Assembly: GCF_002571385.2 (NCBI RefSeq)
Contig: NW_019217791.1
Span: 811,285-875,284, forward strand
DNA length: 64,000 nucleotides
Source of the DNA: Stylophora pistillata
Taxonomy: Eukaryota
Direction of reading: 5' to 3'
Part shown: in pieces, positions 1 to 12,800 of the stretch
Layout: each line of letters begins with the position of its first letter
Position numbering within the stretch: the first letter of the stretch is position 1
Notes under the pieces: generated by a model
Seen by the model: only the letters and a program-made list of their open reading frames with translations
What the model was told of the DNA's origin: nothing
Database searches by the model: none
Program-made: the position numbers and the translations under genes

Positions 1-255
1 ATACAGACCGACCTAGCTCGGTTAATAAGATGTTTATTATATGGCTGTGTCTTATATGCCAATTTTTTATATTCTTTGTACCTTTTTTCTCTAGACCGGT
101 CTAGATGCCGGTCAAGATGGGAAAATCTAGACCGCTTTCAATATTGATTTCAGCCAATCAAATTCGTGAATTCGGTAGTTCCCAGTCCTTGTGAGACACA
201 GCGATATAATAATTCTGTATAACTAAACAACAGTTAGAAAGGCTATTAAGATTTT

Positions 256-261
256 TTTATT
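256..261 (-). promoter_or_regulatory. Probable polyadenylation signal (AATAAA) of the Ig/FN3 receptor gene
   Basis: TTTATT on the + strand about 560 nt past the stop codon at 823. Confidence 0.5.
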
Positions 262-822
262 CGAGACAACGTCACTAAAAGCATGCATTTACATATAACT
301 AAAAGAAGTTATTCGAAGTTGATTTTATGTCTGTTTAAGCAGTTATTTAGAAGACTCTTGTTTAACTCTACTGCCAGAGATGTTTGGAACAAATTTCTTG
401 TTTCCAGTAAATGTGTAGTTCGCAATACAGTTCATATCGGTGACGTATACATCATTTAGCCCTTTCAGCCAACTAAAACATGACTGAAGAATTCTGCCAA
501 AAGGCGATATTACACACAGAATACTGAATAGGATGCAGCTTGCAGCTAAGAAGTTTTCCAGAAGACCTCGCCTTGAAAGGCTCTAAGGCAAATATTAGCG
601 CTTTGAATTGCAAGATAACCCCAACAGACAACTTTTTAACCACCGATGAAAAGGTAACTTAAAGATCTCTATGATGAGTCTATGTGGTGAAGGATACCCT
701 TAAGAAGGGATTAGAATCAGAGGCTAGGCCTCAGCAATGAATATCAACTGTAAGTGCAAGCATTTCCGCGTTCCCGTCGTACTTTCCTATCTTAACGCAA
801 ATGATTGACTACTTATTTCAAC

Positions 823-3800
823 TTACAAGTTAGTTCTTTCATCGTACACAACCACAGGATCATGAGCTGGCCCATTGTCCTGCCCGCCTGATTGATTTTC
901 CCGTGGAGTGCTGCCCACCTTGTGAAACGTCTTCTTGCTTTTCTCCGGCTTCGTAAACGAATCCGTCAATCCACCAGAAGCCTGTACGGTAGACTGGCTG
1001 CTCTCAGAGTTACTACGTGACGGTGGTCCTTTATTACGGTATTTCTTTTTCTTGCTTAAGTCAGGTTTGGCATACAACTCGTCAAGATTGGGAGGGGCTA
1101 TGTCCAATGCCGATTTCTTACCGCTGGCGGAGGCAAGACTCCTGTCAAGCTCCTCGTCTGAATCGTAACCCCCGTTCTCTATTCCTGCAAGATCCCTGTT
1201 GGGAAAACCATTTCGACTCCCTTCTCCGAGATCCACTCCTTCTCGCTCAGTCGCCAGGTTGTAACCCTTATTTGTGAATGACTTGCGACTTCCAGGAGAG
1301 TCAGAACCCCGCTCGCTAAAGGAGAGTGAGCGAAATGGGAGGGGGGGAGGGGGCCCAAAGCTGGAAACTCCACCACCAAGTGCCTCGACGGTAGAATAAC
1401 CGTCTTGGCTTATCATGGAGTCCACATGTGGTCGTGCGCCCACCAGCCGCGGGCGATCTGATGCACGCGATGAGGAACGCTGTGGAGAGCAAAGATCTGG
1501 CTCGGCGTAATCCGGTATCGGTGGTGGCGAAGGCAACGAGATGGTGCTGCCAGCCCAATCGGAGTCAAAGGAATCGCTTGAGTTGTCGGCGTCTGCTCCA
1601 CTCGGCTCTTCAGTCACATCAAGAACGGCGTTACCAGGGAAACCAGCCATTTTGGACCTAAATAAGGGATAAAGGCAAATTAAGTTGCGTAGAAAGCTTC
1701 AGCATCATTGAGTCCAAATGAAGTGAACGAAATTCGAGCGTAGTTATATCAAACGGTAAAGGAAAATTTCAAATTGAACCCAACATTCAAATTCCGTTTG
1801 ACTTTGTTGTTGGCTAATAGGTTTACTTCTATTTTCCCTTGTTATAAAGATCTTTATTGCTTTATTTTGTATTCGGTTCACTGACTACTCCTCTCGAAAT
1901 GCCACAAGCAACCATATCACTAAGAAGAAGGTCTCGGTTGTATCATCAATTCCTTCAAGAATACCTCAATCGCCTTTTAGAAGAAAGGAGGTTACACATG
2001 TTCAAGACTGTAATTCCATAGCAGATTAACACATTTCATAGTCAATGATGTTCAACTTTACCCCTTGGAGTTTGTAAAACGCCAATGTTGTAACTGATTT
2101 ATTTTTGAAGAGATATTTTATTTGGACTTAAAGTTTACATTTTACTTCGTTAAAATATCACTGGCAGCATCATTATACCAAAGAATGGGTCAAAATTTAT
2201 CGCGTTACAACTAGTGTTAAAAAAAAACCGAATCAATTAGTTAAAAACTAATACCATCGTTCGTTACATGATGTTAGGCTCTTTCGGCTGGTTACCTAAA
2301 CAAAGTTTAGCCGTGGTTTAACCGCGCTCTAAGCCATCTTCAATTTAACCGAACCTTTAATCTGAACACCTATTTTTGCGAACTGTGTCAAGAGGGGCGA
2401 ACGCTTAGAGAGGAAAGATATTAATTGAATTTAATCAACCCTCCTAGAGAAAATCAATGAGGCCTTCTGCTTCCGTTAAACCGCGGTCTGGGTTAGACCT
2501 CGTGCAAATAACCGGCCCTTTCGGTTTCCCAGTCAATGCAGATGACTAAAAGAATGTATCTTTAATGACTTCATTGAGCCTTGTTCTTCATATCAGTCGG
2601 CATAGTTTATAGATTAAGTTACAATTACCGTTTATGTTGTTCGAGGAACGCAAAAGGATCCCACCATCCTGTAGTGACCTGTGCCATCTATAGCACTTCA
2701 CAATCAACGGAAAAAAATTGTCAGCTAAGTTTAAGTTATGAATAAAGTTTACAAAGGGAAAAGTAAGTATACAAAGAAACTATTAAGGATTTTAAAACTA
2801 GATAAAAATTAAGACTTTTCTCTGAATTAACACATCAATCGCCTTGCTAAAAATAAAAAGCGTACCTACTTATTTTAGTGTTTATCTTTCTTGAGAAACA
2901 TATTAGTGCGAGGGGAAAATGGAATTTTACTTAATTTAGAAGGCAAATAGTCTGTCATTTTTTTTTTTTTTTACTACTAAGTAACCCATTACACCTTTCA
3001 ATGTCAGAACAATTTACAAGTTTTAAAAATAACAGGAAACTTGCTTTTCCGCTATGACCATGCCCCGCGATGCACAGTTGTGCTGTTGTTTTTACTCTCA
3101 TTACATTTTTGAGCAATGTAATAATATACGTTAATTGAGGCTCCCTCTTAGGGGCTTATCAGCCACAATGTAGACTGACTAAGTGCTTAAAAATCCCCAC
3201 TGGCAGGAGGCAAACCAGTGGGCTATTTACAGAGCGCAGCCGAGGAGTTGAACTAGGGGCAACCTAGAACAAATCCAGTGAGTGGCAGGGTAGAGGACTT
3301 GAACCCGGGACACCAGATTACAAGTCCAGCACCCTAACCACTCGGCCACGCCGCCTCCTATATTGTGTTGAAGTTTCTGGAGATCCTATCTAATGATTAC
3401 TCCTGAGAGAGTCAAAGGGGAAAATCATGTAACGTGACAACTTATTAAAGAGCTGACCTGATTTCAAAAAGTAACAAGGGCAAGTCATGTGACGGAGCTA
3501 TGGTTGGTTGATTTTGGACCGTTGCGGTTTGTTTGCTCCTCTTTCTTAACCATTAAACTCCCATGAGTGATCAAGACAGGATTTCTCCTTACAATATCAG
3601 TACAATATCAATCAGAAAAGTGACGAGAATATAGAAAATGTCAAAGAGGAGTACTGGTAGCTCCAATTCCAAATCCTCCGAACCAAAATCATGAAAGTGT
3701 ATGGTAGACAGTGAGGTGAATTACTAATAAGTGGATCTTGGGCGCGAAAGGGTTAAGATGTATGAAGAGTTTGCTCAATGTTGAAAGGGTGCGTGTGATT

Positions 3801-6800
3801 GACTTCATATCTTAATTAAGGTTTTTAGTACTCGCCCAGATGAGCTGTCAAGTGTGAAATAAAAATCCCCTACCTGTTCATTTCGTAATCACCTCTGAAC
3901 TTATGTACTTTTCTTGATCGTTTGTATCCACCACCATCTGGAGAAAGAGTAGAAAATTAAAGTGTAATCAATGTTCTACACTCTTAACGGTCCGCAATCA
4001 AATATGAAGGAAACCAAATATACTTGGTATCTATTACACAAGAAATAAAAAGAGAGCTTAACGCGGATTAACAAGTACCAAGCGCCGAAGGGAAATCCAT
4101 TTCACAACAACTGCCATAAATAATTTGGATAACATTGGTTTTGCATTATTACACTTAGTGATTGTGCAAGTTCAATAAAAAGTACAAATTTCACTCGAAG
4201 CGAACGGCTGCTGGGACCTCCTCATGTGCCATGTCGCCGCACCCTGTCACTGAGCATGCCTCGACCTTAATCAAAGGCGTTCGACCAGTGGTGAAAATTT
4301 AAAATTTTATGATTGAAGCTTAATTTTTTTGCCTCACCTCTATTGTCTTTCCATCGCCGAAAAACCAAAAAGTAAACTGCTGCTATTATAAGAAAAACAA
4401 CTATCAACGCCACACAAACGATTATAACAGTCATCTCCTCCTGCTTTAGTCCCCCGGTTCTCTTCTCTGTCACAGGAGGGGCCCCCTCAGTAGTGTTTGG
4501 TTCCTTAGTAGGAGAAACCTGTGGTTCCGTGGGAGCGATAGTTACTGGAGGAGGAACGCCTGCAATATTAAGTTCAGTTTATCAGGTTTTGTTCTACTGG
4601 TTTTGGTGGTAAATGACAAGCAAACATTGTAAACGAAACTCATCTTTGTCTAACAAAAACAACAAACACCGCCTCCCGGTTAGCTCAATTGGTTAGAGCG
4701 CTGGACTGTTGTGCGGGAGGTCGAGGTCGATGGTTCGAGCCCCTGCCGGACCAACACTCAAAGAATGGCGAGGAAAGCGCCTTGCAGAAAGAAGCCAGCT
4801 CCTTAGTTGTGCTCAAACGCTCTACCGGGGAATATCACAAGTCTAGTTAGCCTGCAGTGCAGGCGTCTATTTTGGGCGAGCCAGCGTTATAACCTTGTGA
4901 TCGTTTATCCGAATGATATCAGATTGGACGGTGGGGAAAGGGGGCCGGGGAAGGGAGAGAAGACTCCCCCACCCTAGTCCCNTGTTTTGAAGACTAGGGA
5001 AAGTGTCAAGTGGTGAATTATCGTCGTCAACTCAAAGATTGTGGGGGTAAAACGTCTACTACTTCTTGTCGGTTAACTTGAGGCAATTTCTTTTGTTAGA
5101 TAACCAAATGCAGATTATATTATCGTCAGGCTGATACATTAAAAAGCTATCTAAAGAGATATCAAAAACTACCGGGACCAAACAAATGACCTATGAGCGA
5201 CATAAGTAAAAATCAAAAAAAGCGAACAGTACGAAGCAACTTTACGGAAGGATAGAAACTAACTAATCATGACTGACTTGAGACACTTGAGCTTTCCAAC
5301 CAATGATTATTATTATTATTATTATTATTCTTAAAACTTAGCAAAGGAAATCAAGCTCATCAAATTTAGGCTCGATAGGTCTTGTCTCAAATTTATAACT
5401 CTAGACTGAAGAACAGGGCCGGAATCGTTAACGAAATATAGTTCTGAGGGATTTAAAATTGTTTCTAGTCCTAATCAGTATCCGTTTGTTATGCGGTAGA
5501 CCAGTTTTACCGAGGAAGTTCTGAAAAGGCATCACCAGTTCCACCGATAGCTCGTTAGAAGAATTACTACCATTAAGTACAACTTGGTCAGCTGAGGAAC
5601 GGAAGTCGTTCCTATTTACTCCCATAGTCCCTCGAGTTACCTGTTGTGACATGCACCATCATTCCTTGTTCGCCAGCCCCTTCTCTCGTTCTCGCCGTCA
5701 CGTAGATGGAATGGGTCGTGTTGGCTTTCAAGTTCTTGATGTCAGCTGTAGTCAAACTTCCATTTGTTGTCATGATGCGTGTTGCGTTATTGTCAAGAGA
5801 TCTGTAAGTGATCTTATACTCTATAACTTTGCCGTTAGGTCTTACAGGGGGATGCCAAGATATTGTTATAGTGTCGTAACTCACAGATACCACGGTCACG
5901 TTATCAACTGCGCTTGGAACTAAACAGCAAAGAGATAGTAAGGGAAGATAAAATTACAAAGCGATAACCAGAAAACATCAAAAATAAAAAAAAAGGTAGG
6001 GGCACTATAATTTATCTTAGTGACAATTGATGCACTTTCAAAAGGTAAAAAAAATACAGACTGTTCACGAGGCTTACCTCCTTCTTGTGTGACTATCGTT
6101 TTTACTTCGCTTTTGGTGCCAAGTCCTGCGCGAGTGAAAGCTGCTGCTTGAATAGAATACTCTGTAAACACTGTAAGGTTGGCCAAAGTTAAAGGGGAAG
6201 AGGTTGTGTTAACAGACAGATAATCAGCCTCCGTTAGGCCGGTCTGCCTGTACAACACAGTGTAACCGCGGATGACACCATTTCGCTCGGAAGGAAGAGG
6301 TTGAGCTATGTAGACTATGATGCTGTACTGGCTAACGGAATCCAAAGTGACATTCGATGGCCGACCAGGCGCTGAAAGGTAAGCAAACAATTAAACAGTA
6401 AAATGAATATGGTGTTATTTCAGTTACGCATGACAAAATGGTTTTCAGCGGCGAAATCACCACCAAATCTCAAACAACAACTTTAGAAGATCAACGACTT
6501 TCACATCCATTGGGATAAATTGAAACGAAGAATTAATCCAATAATTAATTAATTAACCATAACTAAGTAAGTGAAGATGCATTTTGCACAACTATGCCAA
6601 CTGAGAACACTGCAAGCTCATGAGGAAAAATCCCAGCCGATGGTAGAAAGGCCACTTCACGTTTAACCCGGGACTTCCTAAAAAGTTAACCACGAAGTAA
6701 CAAGGAGGTTAGCGGTTTGGGTGAAATTTAAATTTGGGTTTCTATATTTCAAAGCGACACGCCACTTCCACAAAAAAAGTTACGCCTGTACCATATGGCT

Positions 6801-9800
6801 TATAACTTCAAAAGCTGTGATCTAACATTGAATTATTTGAAAGAAGTTACGCTCACAGCGATCGTTTCAAATCTTGGTGAAACACCTCTTTTCCCTCTGA
6901 ATGCTAATACTACTATCATTCCCTTAGAACTCTATGAACTACACGTTTGAAAGATCGGCTCCCGTTCTAAAACAATGACACTAATATTTCCTGTACACAC
7001 TCAACGCCAAAAACGTACCAGCCTCTAGGGTCCGCACTTGTTTTACAAGGCTCTCCGGTCCGGAGACAACAGTCACGGCCTGAACTGTAACGTTATATAC
7101 TGTCCATGGATGAAGTCGTTGTATTGTAAAATTCAGAGATGAATTTGTGGAGTACTTCAATCCATCATTGTCAAAACTGTAAGGACCTGCTGCCTTGGCG
7201 ATCACAATATACTCCCTGATGATACCGTTTGATAGCTCCGAGGGAATACTCTGCAAAGGAAGGAAAGTTGAATAAATACACATCTTGTTAGACATTTAAG
7301 GTGTGTACGATTGAAGTTCAGTTGTGCTACATCCTCTGCGTAACTGTTTTTCGGCCGCATATCTTCATCTCTCCACCAACTGCCATCTGTTTAGCAACAG
7401 AGCAATATTTTCAACATTATTATCCACTGGTGTTATCGTCGCTGACATCCTCATCTGAATAGGAAGCTTTTCAAGTCCGATGATCGTTTTTAACTAACTT
7501 ACATTGCTGGGTTTCCATAAGGAAGTAAATGCGTCCTGCCCATTCAATGCACAGTGACCCCAATCCAGAGGCCAATTGCGCTAGCAGGTGGGCAAAAAAA
7601 TCTTTTGCAGTTGTAGATACCGTAGGGTTCTTGGATAAAATCCTTTCAAGACAAGACAAAAAAATTATTATATCTATCAATTTACCTTCCACGTAACGAA
7701 TATGGACTCAGCAGACAAAGCTCTGAGTTGGATCTCTCGAGGGGCTGCATCTGGAGCTAAAAAAATAAACAAAACAAAGAAAACAGCCGAATAAAAGTGG
7801 CACCTTCAGAAAACTCTGTTGACTTCTGAAGTAACACATAATCGTGGAAGGGTTAAAACAAGCAAAGCGCGATTGGTTGTACCAAAAGTGGATCCTCTCT
7901 TGGATAAACTCATAATACCCTCGAATATACCGAAATCCAGCATGAACCAAGACTGCAACCTCGGTAATGATGAGTACACAGAACATTACTTTTTTGTGCA
8001 GGTTATCCATTTGCGCCAAGAAAGGAAAAAACTTGAAAACCGATTCCGTAGGGCTGCATTTAGGATACTTCGTATTGGTTGGAATTCATAATTAAAATGC
8101 GATTCATCAGCCACCCACAATCAGAAATGGAAAGGTGGACAAAAAAATGCAATATTCGTTGCGTTCCTTATCCAATGTGGAAATTAAAAAGCGGTTAGTA
8201 TAACAGACTGCACTCGGATAAGTTCCGATAGCTATCTTCGGTCACCGTCACCTAATGAAAACTTCCTAAATTATGAATTTAAGGTCTTGATGCGAACAGT
8301 TGCGTTCAAGAGCCAAATATACACTTACCTGCTTCCCCCGTAGTCGCTTCAGTAATCGCTGAAAAGTTTCCCCACATAACATTCCTCTCCTCAGTGGCGG
8401 CACGAACCTTAAATTGGTAGCGAGTAAATGGTTTCAAGCTGTCAATGGAGGCCTGAAGCACCGATAGCTGATTGGCTAGTAGCATTTTGCTGGTGACGTC
8501 ACTCTTTTCAGCAGTGTTATAATGGATTTCATAGCGTGTGATCAGACCGTTAGGTGTGGCTGGTAGGTCCCAGGTGATGGTGACAGCTGTCGCATTTAAG
8601 GTTGCTGCGGCCAAGTTTGTAGGTTGCGAAGGAGCTGAAACGTCAAAAGTAATTACTCTGTGGTTTAATGGGCACGCAAAGAAGACATTTTCACATTTGT
8701 GGTACAATAGCCTGAAATTTTATCTCTACATGAGATTCTGTTGCTTTGTAAGGACAACCTCCCACGAACTCGATTATTAGCTAGAACTTGCCGGCTTATC
8801 ATAACAGGCCTTAACCCTGAAAAGGCAGAGAAGCATAGAAAATGTCAAATCTTTTTCGCACACGGCATAATTATTGTCAAGCAGAGTTCTGAAGCACGCC
8901 GCCCTATTGACGAAAGCTTCGCTGATGAAGGCAGGCCAAAGAAAGCGATTTTAAAACATTCCAACTTACCATCTTGTAAGGTTCTGTTCGTAACATTGGC
9001 CCCGTCACTTAAACCGACCACATTGCGAGCAGAAATCCTGAAAGTGTACAATGTGAATGGATGAAGATTCCTCACAGTATATGACATGGCAGAGATGACC
9101 TCTTGAATAACGATGTAGCTCTCAGACTCTCTCCTCATTTCCAGCTTGTAACTGGTAATTGGACTGTGCCCGTCAAAAACAAGTTGCCATGACAACTGAA
9201 TGGCAGAAGAAGATACCGATGTGGCAGAGACTGGAAATGGAGGACTGGGAACCACTATTTAAGAAAAAAAGTTAACGATGTACATTTGTACAGTATGGAT
9301 ACTTTATAAGAGAAATGATAGAACTACGACGGTTAAGGAGACGGAGTCCAATAGGTAATTTGAAGAGGTGCACAACGTAAAAGAGGGAGAAATCGGAGAT
9401 TTACTTCAAAATAACTAAGAGTGATCTTTCATCACCCTTGTAAAAAGTATTTATTAATAATCGTTCTTGTGACTGTCTCTTCCACAACCTAAACAGAAGA
9501 TATCATTAGGCAGAAGAACCAAAGGGTTGTTTTTCAACCAAATCTGTTTTTTCCAGGAGAGTCTGATTCTTAAAAGTTCCACTTCGCTAATAAAGTGAAC
9601 GCTATTTTGAACGGTACCACTGTTCGGCAAACCCTTTAAACCACAGCTTCAGTATGCACCTTCTACACACTGTTCTCTGAACATGAAGAGGAGATTTTGT
9701 GTAAGAATCACTAGTTCTTTTAGTTGATGATTATTTCCTTTCTCCTCGTGTCCTTTTAAAAAGCGTGACTCAGGGCTGATATTATAAGGAGAAATTAGCT

Positions 9801-12800
9801 GCTCGGCACTCTTAGAGGTTAAAGGCTTAATGTCATAAAGTAGAAGGTACCGGGCAGTGGTTGTTTACATCTGTTTGAATATGTTTACAAAACACCAACT
9901 CGGAGCAATCTAAATATCGCATGGAACTTAAATATCTTGAAATGATTCTTGTTCGGAACCATAACCGTACACTAACCTTGTACAGTTAGATTTCCATTCT
10001 TGGATAACCTTCCCGCCGCGTTAGTTGCAATGCAGGTATACACTCCATCGTCAGCTTCACGAATGCTTCTAATCACAAACAAGCTGGTAGTCGAGGACAA
10101 TAACTTGCCGTTTCTGTACCACGTGACACTTGGGTTTGGCGTACCACTCACGGAACAGTTTAGCACAGCACTCTCACCAAGTTTGACCAGTCGAGGTATG
10201 TGAAATACTGTTATATTTGGCGGAACTGCAAATAGACAACAGATGCTTTACATCAGAGAGTTAGTCGCGTAATGGTTATGATCTGGCTATTCCGGGTTCG
10301 AGTAACGACCGGAGTTATTGTGGACAGATACCCGCTAATTCTACATGAGTACCTTCAAAGTGTCTGAGAAACCTAGCCTAACTCTGAAGACTATTTCACC
10401 ACACTTTCCTGGTAGAGAAGCAATACTTCTAGTCACTTCTCGCAAAAAAAACACGGGGTTGAGCTCTGGCAGCCACAACAATCAGTCTCTCAAGCAGATT
10501 TAACCGGGCAAGATATGAGAGAGGGAAAAATTGCCACCTCTGAGAGGCAGCGCAAGAAAACTTGTATATGGCAGTGAGTACAGTTTGGTATCTGTAGATT
10601 CTGCGCATCATATTTGGGAAAAAGTATTAACAATAAATAACAAATAAAATTCTTTAGTCGCCAGGGACAAGAATTGAAGAGGGCGGCTTGTGAGACTGTC
10701 AGCTTTTCATCAAACCACCAAGTTTTTTGAAGTAAGTGCTTTTACGCCTTTCTCTCCCAAAAGTGACTAGACAACATCAATACATTTTCACATCAGTTCT
10801 CACAACATCAATACATTTTCACGCAAAAAGTTGATGGGAGGAAAGGCCATTTCGGCTTAAAATACTCTTTGATTTACTTGCAAATTCTTTGAGTTAAATT
10901 GATAGGATGCGTAAGTCTGACAGTGAGGAGAATTGGTTTTTAGATCTTGGGAGCGAAAGTGCTGAGGTTCTTACACGTGAACACGATAATAATAATAATA
11001 ATAATGATCTTATCACTAACGCTCAGTTTCTTTTGTTGCTTGCCAACGAACACGGAAAAAAATTCCATAGGAAAATTCATTACTTGACGAGGGAATTCCG
11101 CATTAAACTGCACTTGAAAACCGCGATTCGTGCGATATCGGTTTACAAGAATTCGCGGAATTCACGAGTCAAGTAATGAATTTTCCTTGAATCGCATAAC
11201 TGAGTAAAAATGAGGAAAAAAAAAAGAAAAAATATTACTTATAGTTGTTATGTATTCGTAGATGCGAAACAATATCACTTAGCCTCGTTTTCAACTCGCA
11301 ATTCCACGCTGAATATCTCGCTTCGTCAACCAATCAGAAAGCGAGATTTTATTCAATAATGCGACTCTGTAAAGAACTCAGAAAGCTGATTTATCGATAT
11401 CAACCCACCTTGAACAAGCAAATAGGTGGTTCCCACATGCGAATTCAAGCCATTACTAACATTACAGCTGTACTGTCCAGAATCACTTGCGACCGTTCTC
11501 AGAATCGTTAGGCTGTCTTCACCAATCGCAATCCTAGCTCCTGGAGTCAACTGGGTTTGACCATTAAACCACGTGACTACTGGTTTGGGATCACCAGATG
11601 CATTGCACCGGAAAGAGGCTGGAGAGGACTCATTCACAGTTACATTCATTGGGTTCATGTCGAGTCCAGAGGGCACTGAATGGTCAAAAAAAATAAATGT
11701 CTTCAAAACTGGCTAAAGCGCAGGAAAACAGGTTCAGAGACCAAGTCTTGGTTCGCTCGCGGCCTTGCAAATTTTTTGTTGAGAGGGTGACTGAGGTTTT
11801 TTGGACCAATCATAGAACGGCATGGAGCAAAACTAAATAAGTACTAAAGAGGGCAAGGTTCTAAATAAATCTGAGGGGCTGCGCCGGTGGGGGCTATTGC
11901 AAGTCAATTTGATTTTGTCAACTCAGTCAATGATATATATTGGCCACCAAGAGAGTTCGGTCAGAGATCTGATGAGGCTAACACTCGAAACGTCTACTCT
12001 GCACGATGGATAACTTACATTCTTAAATCAGTCCTAGATTCCAGATTGAAAAATGATTTGATTCCTATTCATATGTACCTCTCACTCTTAAAAAGGCCAA
12101 TGCTTCCAAACTTCCAGCAACATTTTTAGCTTGACAAATGTAGTTGCCTTCATCTCTCTTCCTTATCTGCCTGATTTCAAGTGATCCAGTCAAAATGATG
12201 TAATGTTCAGTTTGGTTGATTTGAAACATTGACCCTTCAGATTTGTAGATCCACAGAATGCTCGGGTTTGGAATTCCACTGAACGTGCATATAAACTTCA
12301 CTGTTTCTCCAACTATCTTTGTGGCGTTTTCTGGTGGCGAGACCAGTGATGGCGGAACTAAGAAAATGGAGATTAGAAACTACATCAACGTTTGTTCACT
12401 TTGAAAAAAAACTTTTTTCACGTCGGTCATCGCCAATTCGTTTGAACTTTCTTCATTCTTAAAGTAGAAGTATACTCCACCACGAAGGCAATTTTAACCT
12501 CTGTTAAAAAGTGTACATGAAAGTAAATTGCACTTATTGCATCTTTAGTTACCAAAGTATTTTGTAGTGATATTTTTTAAGCATTATCGGATGTACAGCC
12601 GTCGCAGCTCAATACTGTCATGTGAAGCATTTAAAAACCTTGACTTCCTCATTCACCACAAGCACCTATACGTCTTTTTGTTGAAAGAGAGGCTTTCTCT
12701 CTACACTCCACCCCAACCAATTAGTAAAAGCTTGGAGTAAATAGTTCCCTGGCTCAAATTTAAGAGGGGAAGGAAATGCATATGAATTGTCTCTTCAAAC

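Noticed and set aside
2629-2687. Extra cytoplasmic exon of the Ig receptor (TAG|ATGGCACAGG...AACG|GTAATT)
   Set aside because: Including it shifts the frame of the last exon, and 3874 splices in frame directly to 1657. It could only be a truncating minor isoform, and nothing supports that.
4668-4760. tRNA gene
   Set aside because: A and B boxes are present but there is no closed cloverleaf, and it shares downstream sequence with the SINE at 56290.
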